64,000 nt of DNA from Candidatus Altiarchaeota archaeon (GTDB lineage Archaea; Altiarchaeota; Altiarchaeia; IMC4; QMZM01): positions 53,042 to 117,041 of the forward strand of contig JAWAEV010000002.1 of assembly GCA_038891095.1 (NCBI GenBank), written 5' to 3'. Position 1 is the first letter of the stretch. Each line of letters opens with the position of its first letter. The notes below the pieces were generated by a model that ran no database searches, was not told where the DNA came from, and worked only from the letters and a program-made list of their open reading frames with translations. Below are positions 38,310 through 47,874 of the stretch, piece after piece. The position numbers were made by a program, and so were the translations under genes.

Positions 38310-39869
38310 CTATAAAAATTCATCTTGCATTTCTGATTCAATCTCTTGCGAGTTAAATTTTAATTTCGCTTTTTGTAATGGCTCTGTGTATTGAGAAAGA
38401 ATTTTATATTCAATAATTGCTCTCTCTTTTGGTTTTAAACTTTCAATTTTCCAACTTAGCAAATTTCCGATTCTTAAAACACCAAAAGTTAAAATTTTCA
38501 CTTCTGAATTTTCAGGTATTGTATCAGTTATGAGAACATTCTCAAGAGCTTTATCAGTTTCATTTAGGAGAATAATCTTTATCGTATCCTTCTTTCTTAC
38601 TTTTTTGAAAATTAGCTCTTTAGGCTTTTTTATGTAGTAAATTGCTATTAATACAAAAATTGCAGCCAGTAGAATCAAAATTAAGAGCGTATAGTTAGTT
38701 TCAAAAACTTTTGCACAATCTGTCCTTAAATTCAAAACATTAATTTTCTCTTTTCTGTCGATCTCTTTTTCATTCTCAAAGAGTTTAATTTCTGCAATTA
38801 AAGGATATCCTGTTTTAGGGGCTCTTAAATTAAATTGAAGAGTTTTTATTGAATTTTCAAAAACTTTTCCAGTTTCTTTAACTTCTGAAAAAATTTCATT
38901 CCCAGTAGAATTTTCTATTCTAAGTAAAATTTTACCTGAATGTTCTCCCTCTCTACTGAGAATATCAACAAAAAGATTAACATTCTCATCTGGACAATAC
39001 CTTACTTTATCTGTTGTAATTTCAACTATCCCAAATTTTTTTTCCGGAAGAATTTCCTCACCTCTACCATAAAATGTCGCTATGCTAAACTCCTCTGAAG
39101 GTTTTAAATTTCTCTCTTCAAAGTAAAGAATTACTGCAGAGTCGCCAAGTATTGAAACATCTTTATCTGTTTTATAATCCCAAAGAGAATAAACACTTTT
39201 TCTCCAGTTTGAAATTATAAGCTTTTTAGGAATTGTTAAATTTTTTTCTTCAGAAAAAATTCCTTGAGAGACAATTGTTGGGTTTTCCTTTCTATTATAT
39301 GCTTTCCAATATTGGAAATAAATATTCTGATATGTTTTCTCATTTGTTATTAGACCATCTCCCGGAATGTAAATTGGTGCTCCATCATTATCAGAAAGCA
39401 TTGTATCAAAATGTATTCTAAAAGCAATTTCCTTGGCAGAATTTCCATAGTTTTTTGCTTTTAATTTTATTATCGTTCCGTTCTCTATGAGTTGAAATTT
39501 TTCTTCAATGAGAATTTCTTCTGGTAAATCCCATACAAAGGTTATCTCTTTAGCATCAGGCGAAAGATAACTCTCTTTGAAAAAATTATCAAGAGGGATA
39601 GCATCTGTAGGAATAGAATTTGAATATATAGCATTATCAACTTTTACTGTTATGTATGTACCATGCCAAGTGTTTGGATAGAAGAAAGTTAGCTTTTCCC
39701 AACTACCATTGAAAATTCCACCAATTGAAAAAGTACCAATGCTTTTACAATTTTCAGTCACAATATGAATACCATAAGATAAATCCTTTAATTCAATTGT
39801 GCAATTTGTTTGAGCATTTGCAATAACTGAAATTAAAATCATAAATAAGATTGCAATTTTGTTTTCCAT
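38310..39869 (-). CDS. Secreted/membrane-anchored protein with beta-rich ectodomain, TM helix and DUF11-like C-terminal domain
   Basis: Signal peptide, 'FDTMLSDNDGAP', TM near residue 395, 'NVLITDTIP...LSWKIESLKPKE'. Confidence 0.65.
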   Translation of the reverse strand: MENKIAILFMILISVIANAQTNCTIELKDLSYGIHIVTENCKSIGTFSIGGIFNGSWEKLTFFYPNTWHGTYITVKVDNAIYSNSIPTDAIPLDNFFKESYLSPDAKEITFVWDLPEEILIEEKFQLIENGTIIKLKAKNYGNSAKEIAFRIHFDTMLSDNDGAPIYIPGDGLITNEKTYQNIYFQYWKAYNRKENPTIVSQGIFSEEKNLTIPKKLIISNWRKSVYSLWDYKTDKDVSILGDSAVILYFEERNLKPSEEFSIATFYGRGEEILPEKKFGIVEITTDKVRYCPDENVNLFVDILSREGEHSGKILLRIENSTGNEIFSEVKETGKVFENSIKTLQFNLRAPKTGYPLIAEIKLFENEKEIDRKEKINVLNLRTDCAKVFETNYTLLILILLAAIFVLIAIYYIKKPKELIFKKVRKKDTIKIILLNETDKALENVLITDTIPENSEVKILTFGVLRIGNLLSWKIESLKPKERAIIEYKILSQYTEPLQKAKLKFNSQEIESEMQDEFL

Positions 39870-39919
39870 AGTGAATAATTATACTCTGTAAAATAAAAGT
39901 AAAATTAAGAAAAATTTAG

Positions 39920-39950
39920 CAGCCTTTTTCTTTTGGAAAGAAAAACGCTG
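39920..39950. terminator. Intergenic hairpin downstream of aRF1, possible terminator or REP-like element
   Basis: CAGC-C-TTTTTCTTT-TGG-AAAGAAAAA-C-GCTG, followed by a T-rich run on the minus strand. Confidence 0.4.
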
Positions 39951-40034
39951 GCGAAAAAGAACCGAAGGACTTAAATTCGAACTTATTGATGTTTTAATTA
40001 TATCTACCTTTCTTTAAACTCAAAAAAAATGAAT

Positions 40035-41126
40035 TTAAATTTTAAACCTCAATAATGCAGCCTTTCCAGCAAATGTGTTCCATAATTGGAAACCTTCTTC
40101 GAAGTCATCTTGTAAAATTTCAACTTCTGCACCAATTGCTTTTGCTTTCTCAAATAGTTCCTCTATCTCTTTATCTGGCAGGTTTTCAGAGAGCAAAAGA
40201 TGGGAAACAGCACCAATTTCAAGAGCTTTTTGAATATCATTACCATAGACAACATCATTACTACCAGAAACTAATTTTTTTAGAAAATTTTGCATAAGTT
40301 CCTTTTGTCTTATCATCTCAACCTCTTTTAAAAGATCTTTTGATTTTTCAATAAGCTCTCTAATACCTGATTCATCAGTATATGTTATATCTTTCACCCC
40401 AATAATTTTCTTTTTTAATTCATGATTTAAGTATGGACCTTCAATAAATGAATCTTTTGTGCTTGCAGGGCCACCAATTATTATTCCTTTAATTTCATCT
40501 TTTAATGGCAGGAACGCTTCATTTGCATAATTACCAATTTTTTCTTTAAACCTGTGAGATTCCTCTTCTATAATTCTCTCAAATCTTCTGTGTGATTGAC
40601 CGCCAGCTCGATGTTTTCCATGATAGTAAGATGTTGCACTCTTTATTATCGTATAATTATCTCCTTTCAAAAGTGCAACTGTGCCAGTTTTATTATCAAT
40701 TGCAATTAAACCATAGACATCCTTAGGTGTGATTAAATCCTCCAATGGCTGAGTTAAAAAATTTTGATCACATTGATAAATTTTTATCTTTATTGGTTCC
40801 GGTGGCTCTAAAGACCATATTCTTATCTCTTGAACTCCCTCTCTCTCAGAAACATTTCCACAAAATACAATTAAACCATTTTTTGGGGTTTGTTTAAATA
40901 GTCTTAAATGTTGAATTGCTCTTTCAAGGGCATCCATAACATTTTTTCTTGTTGTCTTTGATTTTATATTACTTGCTGTTCCTTGTTCTTGTAAAAGTTG
41001 TGAGATAACATTATTTATATCATAACCTGCAGGAATGTAGATTGATATAAGCTCAGTGTGTCTACCTTGTTTTTCTTTTAACTCTCTAATGAGTTTCCTA
41101 AGAGTATGCCTCTCTTTTGATTCCAT
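40035..41126 (-). CDS. prf1: Peptide chain release factor aRF1
   Basis: 'GTASNIKSK', 'YQCD', 'HRAGGQS'. Confidence 0.96.
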   Translation of the reverse strand: MESKERHTLRKLIRELKEKQGRHTELISIYIPAGYDINNVISQLLQEQGTASNIKSKTTRKNVMDALERAIQHLRLFKQTPKNGLIVFCGNVSEREGVQEIRIWSLEPPEPIKIKIYQCDQNFLTQPLEDLITPKDVYGLIAIDNKTGTVALLKGDNYTIIKSATSYYHGKHRAGGQSHRRFERIIEEESHRFKEKIGNYANEAFLPLKDEIKGIIIGGPASTKDSFIEGPYLNHELKKKIIGVKDITYTDESGIRELIEKSKDLLKEVEMIRQKELMQNFLKKLVSGSNDVVYGNDIQKALEIGAVSHLLLSENLPDKEIEELFEKAKAIGAEVEILQDDFEEGFQLWNTFAGKAALLRFKI

Positions 41127-41140
41127 ATGTGCGATTTTTA

Positions 41141-42001
41141 CTAATCCTTATATAAATTTTTTTTCTTTATCTCTTTAAAAATTTCCAGAAGATCAAACTC
41201 AAATGCTGTTGCTGGTATTTCAATTGAAAATTCCTCAAGAACTTTTGGATTTAACTCCCCGAAAAAACCAAATTTCAGAGATGCGCATCTACCCTCTATA
41301 AAACTACCATGAGAAAATTTTTCAATCTTTAATTTTTCATATTCAATTCCTAAGGAGCTTAAAAGTCCAAAAGAAATTGCTTTAATCTCAGAAAAATTTG
41401 CCTTTGAGTGAGCGATAACAGCAGAAATTTTCCTTAGTGTTTCACCTTTTGATGATATGCATTCACCTACTTCAAAAATTTTTTGTGGATATTCACGACT
41501 CTTATTGTGCTCTAAAATTTTCATAAGAGAAGGTAAAAGCCAATTTCGAGCAACAGAATTTTCAGCAGATACTGAATTAGAGGTTTCTGTAACTTCTTGC
41601 TCTGGAATATTCATCTTAAGGAATAGTTCTCTTTTATTTGTTAATATTAAAGTTGTAACTTCTTGAAAACCTAAGCCAAGCATAACCTCCCTTACATATT
41701 TTGAAAAATTTTCGAGCTCATTGGCTGAGCCATAAGTCAAGAGTTTTGGCTCCAAAGGTTGAAATTTATTATACCCATATGAAATTGCAATGTCTTCGAC
41801 TAAATCTATTTGGTGTAGAATATCTGCTCTATATGCAGGAATTAACACTTTTAATTTATCTTCATTAAGAATTTCTGCACCAAAGCGCATTCTCTCAAGA
41901 TGTCTTTTTATTTCTTCTGCAGAGAAGTTCATTCCAAGAATTTTATTCACATAGTTTTTGCTTAGAGAAATTTCCCTTGGCTTTAAATCAGGAGTTTTCA
42001 T
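41141..42001 (-). CDS. pheT: Phenylalanyl-tRNA synthetase beta subunit, short form (B5 plus catalytic-like domain only)
   Basis: 'PAYRADILHQIDLVEDIAISYGYN', 'RNWLLPSL', 'YPQKIFEVG'. ATGA overlap with the secY stop. Confidence 0.88.
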   Translation of the reverse strand: MKTPDLKPREISLSKNYVNKILGMNFSAEEIKRHLERMRFGAEILNEDKLKVLIPAYRADILHQIDLVEDIAISYGYNKFQPLEPKLLTYGSANELENFSKYVREVMLGLGFQEVTTLILTNKRELFLKMNIPEQEVTETSNSVSAENSVARNWLLPSLMKILEHNKSREYPQKIFEVGECISSKGETLRKISAVIAHSKANFSEIKAISFGLLSSLGIEYEKLKIEKFSHGSFIEGRCASLKFGFFGELNPKVLEEFSIEIPATAFEFDLLEIFKEIKKKNLYKD

Positions 42002-43449
42002 ATTTTACCCATAAATTTCCTGAATGCTGGATGCATTTCGCTCATTTGCTCCCTTTGAATATCCTCATATAGCCTATATATAATCCCAACAGTCAGCAAA
42101 ATTCCTGTACCTGAGCCTAATGCCCCAAGAAGATCTGCGCCAAAAGCTAAAAGACCAACTGCAAATGAGCTTATTATGGTAATTTGAGGTATATACCTAT
42201 TTAAAACTTTTTCAACAATTCTTTTATCTCTTCTAAATCCTGGAATTTGCATTCCTGCATTTTGAATTTGTTCTGCAATTTGCTCTGCTCCTAAGCCTGT
42301 TGTTTCAACCCAAAATTTACCAAATAAAATACAAAGTCCGACAAATATAAAGAAATAGATTATTAAATGCAAGAAAATTTCAAAAGTAAAAATTCTCGGA
42401 ATTTGACCAGAGAAGATATCAGTTAAACTTTCAGGAACGATATTGTTTAAATTTCCTAAGGTAACATAATATGCAACTGTGTGCATAACTCTTTGAAATG
42501 CTGTCATCTCAGCTGTAGATGGGGCATTAATATCAACTCCAACAAAATGTGCAACCATTGTAACATTTGCTAAAAGTGCAGAAGTTAAAATTACAGGAAT
42601 ATTTGAAACATATAAAAATTTTAGTGGATATCTGCCACCTATGCCACGAATGCCGCCATAAGACAAAGGAATTTCTAATCTCATAGCTTCGGCATAGACA
42701 ACAATAAGGAAGACGACTATTGTTGCTATTATTGGGAAGAGTATCATAATAACTCCTAAGTCTATATACCCACTAATTATGTACCCAAGGAAAAGAGGAA
42801 TTCTTCCATAAAATTCACCAGTTTCACTTTTCATAAAGTTAAGTGATGCAGTGATTATATGCTGTGCAACACCACCAGCAATAAATAAACTTATTCCAGA
42901 GCCAATGCCCCATTTTGAGACTATCTCATCCATATACATAAGAAAAATTGATCCTAAGGCTATTTGCAAAATTGTTAATTCAACTAATGGATGTGAAAAT
43001 ACATAGCTTCTAGTGCCATCTAAATTTTCAACAATATCTGCCGAAAGCCTAAAACCATAGACAATTGCAGCAGCTTCAAAAAATGAAAGTAAGATAGTTA
43101 AAATTTTTTGTGTTCCTTGAAATAAAGCTCTGTTTTCTGCTTTGCTTATATCTAACTCAACAATTTTTGAGCCAATTAACAGTTGAAGTATTATCGAAGC
43201 AGTAACTATTGGTCCAATTCCGGCAGAAATTATTGAGCCAAGTGAAGAAGCAAAAATCATTGTCAATTGTTGATATTGTAATGGTAGTTTTGCCTCAGAA
43301 ACTTTTATTGGATAAATTGTTCCCATTATAAAAAATAAAATTAACACAAGAGAAGTCCATAGTAATTTCTCTTTAAATGGAACATGCCGTTTAGGATGCT
43401 TTACCTCAGGTATATACTTAAGTGTTGGTCTGAGAAATTCCAGATTCAA
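41998..43449 (-). CDS. secY: Preprotein translocase SecY
   Basis: 'GIGPIVTASIILQLL', 'KWGIGSGISLFI', 'YVSNIPVIL', 'IPGFRRD', 'GSGTGILLTV'. Confidence 0.97.
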   Translation of the reverse strand: MNLEFLRPTLKYIPEVKHPKRHVPFKEKLLWTSLVLILFFIMGTIYPIKVSEAKLPLQYQQLTMIFASSLGSIISAGIGPIVTASIILQLLIGSKIVELDISKAENRALFQGTQKILTILLSFFEAAAIVYGFRLSADIVENLDGTRSYVFSHPLVELTILQIALGSIFLMYMDEIVSKWGIGSGISLFIAGGVAQHIITASLNFMKSETGEFYGRIPLFLGYIISGYIDLGVIMILFPIIATIVVFLIVVYAEAMRLEIPLSYGGIRGIGGRYPLKFLYVSNIPVILTSALLANVTMVAHFVGVDINAPSTAEMTAFQRVMHTVAYYVTLGNLNNIVPESLTDIFSGQIPRIFTFEIFLHLIIYFFIFVGLCILFGKFWVETTGLGAEQIAEQIQNAGMQIPGFRRDKRIVEKVLNRYIPQITIISSFAVGLLAFGADLLGALGSGTGILLTVGIIYRLYEDIQREQMSEMHPAFRKFMGKI

Positions 43450-43873
43450 TTTTACCTTTTACCTCCATTAACTTGTTCAGAGCTTTTTTTGAATATGAAT
43501 CAACTTTAACAATTAAAGGCTTTGAAATTTTTCCTTTACCTAAAAGTTTATCATAACCCAAATCTTTTAGATTTATATAATAGCCATCATCCTTTTTGAT
43601 TATTTTTCCTTCATTAAGAAATCTTTCGAAATTTTCTTCTAAATCGCTTAAATTTATTATCTTTTCTTCTTTTATAACCTTTCTTGGCCTTTTAAATCCA
43701 TGTCTTCCAAAGTAATTTGGCATATATTTTGAGACAAATGACCATTTTTGTTTTTTACTGCCACCCATACCAACTCCGCCGCGAGTTCCTGAACCTCTGT
43801 GTTTTTTTCTCCCTCCCCAACCACAAGTTTTTGAGCCCCGTTTTTTCCTTATCTTTCTATCTTTATGTGCCAT
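43418..43873 (-). CDS. rpl15: 50S ribosomal protein L15
   Basis: 'RGSKTCGWG', 'YFGRHGF', 'KLLGKG'. Confidence 0.95.
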   Translation of the reverse strand: MAHKDRKIRKKRGSKTCGWGGRKKHRGSGTRGGVGMGGSKKQKWSFVSKYMPNYFGRHGFKRPRKVIKEEKIINLSDLEENFERFLNEGKIIKKDDGYYINLKDLGYDKLLGKGKISKPLIVKVDSYSKKALNKLMEVKGKIESGISQTNT

Positions 43874-43884
43874 CTTTCATAGCT

Positions 43885-44367
43885 TCATAGCATTCTTTCT
43901 ATCAATGAATTTATCTTATCGCTTCTATAGCCAAGAGCACCACCTTTTGAGAAAGGCAGCTTTATCCCTTTCCTCTCATAACCTTTCTTTGGTGGTTCTA
44001 AGCGGAAAACTCCCTTTAGGTTAATATCTTTTAATTCTGCTTTAAATTCCATGAATGCCTTAACAAATTCTTCTATACTTTTAAATTTTTTATTCTTTTT
44101 TATATAGTCCTCAGTTATCTTTTTATTACCCTCAAGAAGTCCTCGCTCTCTTATCAACTTTTCCATTGTTTTTTGTGAGATTTCGCCATAAGTCACATAG
44201 TCTTTAACTTTTTTTATCATACCCATATAGCTATCTCTTGAATCAACTATAACACAGTGGTTTGGCTTAGTTAGCTTTAATTTTTTTAGTGTATCTGCTA
44301 TTTCCTTTCTTACATGCACTTTACCTCTAACTCTTATAACAGCAATTCTTTTCTTTTTTTCAACCAT
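43885..44367 (-). CDS. rpl30: 50S ribosomal protein L30 (archaeal long form)
   Basis: 'AVIRVRG', 'KDYVTYGE', 'FRLEPPKKG', 'GALGYR'. Confidence 0.95.
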   Translation of the reverse strand: MVEKKKRIAVIRVRGKVHVRKEIADTLKKLKLTKPNHCVIVDSRDSYMGMIKKVKDYVTYGEISQKTMEKLIRERGLLEGNKKITEDYIKKNKKFKSIEEFVKAFMEFKAELKDINLKGVFRLEPPKKGYERKGIKLPFSKGGALGYRSDKINSLIERML

Positions 44368-44368
44368 T

Positions 44369-45079
44369 TTAAGTTTTAGCAACTGCACCAGAAAATATCT
44401 TTAGTTTTTCAATTTCTTCTCCTGTTAATTTAATTTTGTTTGTATTTTCTAATGCATTTACAGTTGCTTTTGCAAAATTTATATTTGATCGTGTGAAGCC
44501 TTGAGTGTAAGAATAAACATCTTTTATACCTGCTAAATTTAAAACTTTTCTTGCAATTGCTCCTGCAACAAGTCCTGTGCCACGAGGAGCTGGCATTAAG
44601 ATAACCCTTACACTACCTGCATCACCAACAACTCTAAATGGAACGGTGTGTGGTAGCTTACATGAGCATTCCCAACTTCCACAACCGCGTTTTACTTCCT
44701 TTATATTTTTCTTTGCATTATCTATAGCCTTTCTTATTGTGGGACCTGCTTCTTTACCTTTTGCAGAGCCGACCCCAACATAGCCATTTTCATTCCCAAC
44801 AACGACAACAATTCTAAATTTTGTTCTTCTCCCAGAGTCAGTTACTCTTTGGACTCTACTAACAGAAAGAATTTCCTCCTTTAAATCAGGGAGCAATTTA
44901 TCAACAATTTCAACCTCTTTTATGGGTTCAGGCCTTAGGAGTACTTCATGAATTGTCTTAATTTCACCACTCTTTACTAAAACCCCAAGTTTAGTTTTTG
45001 GTACCCATGAATCTAAATCAATTCTCTTCTCTATTATTGTTTCATCACCAATTTCTTCGATATTAGCTTTATCCTCCAT
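44369..45079 (-). CDS. rps5: 30S ribosomal protein S5
   Basis: 'WVPKTKLG', 'RGCGSWEC', 'PAPRGTGLVAG'. Confidence 0.96.
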   Translation of the reverse strand: MEDKANIEEIGDETIIEKRIDLDSWVPKTKLGVLVKSGEIKTIHEVLLRPEPIKEVEIVDKLLPDLKEEILSVSRVQRVTDSGRRTKFRIVVVVGNENGYVGVGSAKGKEAGPTIRKAIDNAKKNIKEVKRGCGSWECSCKLPHTVPFRVVGDAGSVRVILMPAPRGTGLVAGAIARKVLNLAGIKDVYSYTQGFTRSNINFAKATVNALENTNKIKLTGEEIEKLKIFSGAVAKT

Positions 45080-45605
45080 TTTTATTACTTAGCTTTTCTT
45101 CTATTAAATTTTTTGTTTCTTCAAAATTTTTCATTATCTCATCATTCTTTCTATAATCCGAAATTACCTTACCTGTAATTCGATCTTCATCTGGAAAAAT
45201 CTCTTCACCTACAGGAATTTCAAGTCCAGCATCAATTGCCCCTTTTACCAAGGAATATATACAAGAACCCTTTGTTGATTTTTGAAGTCCAATATCTAAA
45301 ATTGCTGATTTTATATCTTTTGCCTTTGCTTTATATCCAATTATAAGGCCGGTTAGATATGCAGCAGGAGTATTTTTCATTGAAAATCTCCAATTAAATT
45401 TTTTAAGCTCAGATGAGCGTGTTGTTAATACAACTTTATCCCCTTCAGCATTATAATCAACAATTTGTGCTGTGATATACCTATTTGATTTTCTCACAAC
45501 TAATCTACTCTTACCTGATTTCAAAAGCCCGAGCCTTTTTTTATAATTTGTTTTGCCTTCTCTTTTTCTTCTATAATCAACTTTATATCTTGCATTATAT
45601 GCCAT
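45069..45605 (-). CDS. rpl18: 50S ribosomal protein L18
   Basis: 'RRKREGKTNYKKR', 'NTPAAYLTG', 'LDIGL'. Confidence 0.96.
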   Translation of the reverse strand: MAYNARYKVDYRRKREGKTNYKKRLGLLKSGKSRLVVRKSNRYITAQIVDYNAEGDKVVLTTRSSELKKFNWRFSMKNTPAAYLTGLIIGYKAKAKDIKSAILDIGLQKSTKGSCIYSLVKGAIDAGLEIPVGEEIFPDEDRITGKVISDYRKNDEIMKNFEETKNLIEEKLSNKNGG

Positions 45606-45607
45606 TT

Positions 45608-46042
45608 TTATTTAGCACTTAAACTTTCTCTTAAGTGTCTTCTTGACTTAAATATATTTCCTTTAATTTGTCTATAGAGCTTTCTATACTCCTTTCTATC
45701 AATTTTTCCCTCTTTTTTCAATTTTTTTAATTCATCTCTCAATGCGCGAACTTTAGAGATCCAAATTTCTTTTCTTGGTGTTCTTGCACCTTTTTTACCT
45801 TTTCTGCTTCCATGGCCTTTTCTCCTACCTTTCCTTTTCTGCTCTTTAATTTTCCTTACTCTAACTCTGCTCGTACCCTTTTCTTTTCTAACTGAAATTA
45901 AACCATCTTTTATCAAAGCTCTTATATCATCTCTTGTTATTGCCTTTGAAACTTCCTCTTTCTTTTCTGGTGAAATATAAATTCTATTAATACCAACTTT
46001 TAAAATTTTTGCTGCTAATTTTCTTTGTAATGATAAATTCAT
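45608..46042 (-). CDS. rpl19e: 50S ribosomal protein L19e
   Basis: 'QRKLAAKILKVG', 'GHGSRKGKKGAR'. Confidence 0.96.
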   Translation of the reverse strand: MNLSLQRKLAAKILKVGINRIYISPEKKEEVSKAITRDDIRALIKDGLISVRKEKGTSRVRVRKIKEQKRKGRRKGHGSRKGKKGARTPRKEIWISKVRALRDELKKLKKEGKIDRKEYRKLYRQIKGNIFKSRRHLRESLSAK

Positions 46043-46043
46043 T

Positions 46044-46673
46044 TTAAATTTCTCCTTTTCTTGGGTTTAAAATTGTGATCATAAGTTTGTTAGCTTCTCT
46101 AATAATTTCATTTCTTTTCTTTCTTCCAACTTGTTTGGCGATTATAGCCGCTTCTTCTTTTGGATTTAACTGCATCAATTCTTTTACATTATGGACAATT
46201 TTTGCTTTATAACCTTTTATTAGGCCTCGAATTTTCTCAGGATTTTTGTAGCCTATCTTAGGTGATTTACTCTTACCTCGTTTACCTTTTCTTACTTTTG
46301 AATCTTTACCACGAGGTCTTCGCCATACATCCTTTAATCTTTTCAACTTACAGAGCTCTTCTCTTCTGAATTTTGGCTTCTTTTTTCTCTTTATGCTTAT
46401 TTCCTTGCTTTCATAGAATTTTATTTTCTCGATTGGCTTTTCCTTTTTCTCTTCTTCTAATTTTTCTACTTTTTTTTCCTCAGTAATTTTTTTCTCCTCG
46501 CTTATTACTTTTTCTTCTGCTTTCTCTTTTATCTTTTTCTTCTCTTTTTCCTCTTTTTCTAAGGTCTTCTTAGTCTTTTTTCTCTTAGCTTGAGCTTTTT
46601 TTTCACTTTCTTTTTTTTGTACTTCTCTGATAAATTTCTCTCCCTTTTGATTAGCTTTCTTTTCTCTTGACAT
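46044..46673 (-). CDS. rpl32e: 50S ribosomal protein L32e with ~90-aa charged N-terminal extension
   Basis: 'KPKFRR', 'WRRPRGKDSK', 'PKIGY', 'VGRKKR'. Confidence 0.92.
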   Translation of the reverse strand: MSREKKANQKGEKFIREVQKKESEKKAQAKRKKTKKTLEKEEKEKKKIKEKAEEKVISEEKKITEEKKVEKLEEEKKEKPIEKIKFYESKEISIKRKKKPKFRREELCKLKRLKDVWRRPRGKDSKVRKGKRGKSKSPKIGYKNPEKIRGLIKGYKAKIVHNVKELMQLNPKEEAAIIAKQVGRKKRNEIIREANKLMITILNPRKGEI

Positions 46674-46674
46674 T

Positions 46675-47256
46675 TTATTGCTCTAAAAGAGATTTACCAT
46701 CTTTTTCATAAATGTAAATTCCATCCTGAAAAACTCTTGGATCAAAATTTTTTATTGCAGTTGCACTTTCAATATTTGCAGCTGTTTGAGCAACCTTCTC
46801 TTTATCAATGCCATAAAGTTCTAAATCTCTACCTTTTATGTTAACTGTAACTCCCTCTAAAATTTTTGCTTTTCTTGGATATTTCTCTCCAAGAAAGTTT
46901 TCAATGAGCAGAGTATCACCTTGTATCTTCAAATTAATTGGAAAGTGAGAATAAACAACTCTCAACTTATAAGTTACTCCTTGTGAGACACCTTTTATCA
47001 TATTTTTTATATCTGCCTCTGTTGTACCTGCAATAGCCCTAATTTTCTTTCTATCTGAATCTGCCTTTATGATCACTTTTTCTCCATCAGAATTTATCTT
47101 TTCAACTTTTATCAATGAATTTAATTCCTTTTTTAATTCACCTTTTTCTCCCTTAACAAAAATTTTATTATTCTCTAATTTAACTTCAACTCCTTTTGGA
47201 ATGTTAATCTGAATTTCTATACCTTTAGCTTTTGTTTTGTTATCTTTTTTTTCCAT
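46675..47256 (-). CDS. rpl6: 50S ribosomal protein L6
   Basis: 'VYSHFPI', 'NFLGEK', 'DPRVFQDGIY'. Confidence 0.96.
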   Translation of the reverse strand: MEKKDNKTKAKGIEIQINIPKGVEVKLENNKIFVKGEKGELKKELNSLIKVEKINSDGEKVIIKADSDRKKIRAIAGTTEADIKNMIKGVSQGVTYKLRVVYSHFPINLKIQGDTLLIENFLGEKYPRKAKILEGVTVNIKGRDLELYGIDKEKVAQTAANIESATAIKNFDPRVFQDGIYIYEKDGKSLLEQ

Positions 47257-47257
47257 T

Positions 47258-47647
47258 CTAATAGACATATGCTAAAAGTCTCCCACCAGTGCCATTTAGA
47301 ATTGCTTCTTTATGTGTCATAACTCCTTTTGGAGTTGTCAAAATTATGATACCAAAATCTTTCGCTGGTAAATATCTTTTCTCCCATTTTGTGAATTCTT
47401 CCTTTTTTGTAGCATATCTTGGTTTTATCACACCACAATCATGAATTTTCTTTTTCAATTCTATTCTTATGCTACCCCCTTTTCTGTCAGAAATTACTTC
47501 AAATTCTCCTATGTAGCCTTCCCTCTGAAAAATTTTCAGTATTTCAATTAAAAGCTTTGATGTTGGCTTTACAATACATTCTGACTTACCAACTCTTTCA
47601 GCGTTCCTTATTGCTGTTATTGCATCATTTATTAAGTCATGCATCAT
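47258..47647 (-). CDS. rps8: 30S ribosomal protein S8
   Basis: 'GYIGEFE', 'CGVIKPRY', 'LTTPKGVMTH', 'GGRLLAYVY'. Confidence 0.96.
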   Translation of the reverse strand: MMHDLINDAITAIRNAERVGKSECIVKPTSKLLIEILKIFQREGYIGEFEVISDRKGGSIRIELKKKIHDCGVIKPRYATKKEEFTKWEKRYLPAKDFGIIILTTPKGVMTHKEAILNGTGGRLLAYVY

Positions 47648-47775
47648 TTTTCTCAACTGCAAGAGCTTATCCTTATATTTTTATCAACTAACTTTTCAGT
47701 TTTTTACTCAATTGAAAGGATAGATGCGAAATTTGAATTGAATATAAATTGCCTTTCTTTTTTAAAGAAAGGACT

Positions 47776-47858
47776 TGCGGGGGACGAGATTCGAACTCGC
47801 GTAGGCCTATGCCACACGGACCTCAACCGTGCCCCTTTGACCACTCGGGAACCCCCGC
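47776..47858 (-). tRNA. tRNA-Leu (anticodon GAG), no intron, CCA not encoded
   Basis: GCGGGGG acceptor stem, anticodon arm CACGG-TTGAGGT-CCGTG, long variable arm, GTTCGAATC T-loop, discriminator A. Confidence 0.96.
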
Positions 47859-47874
47859 AATTTGAGGGTTACCC

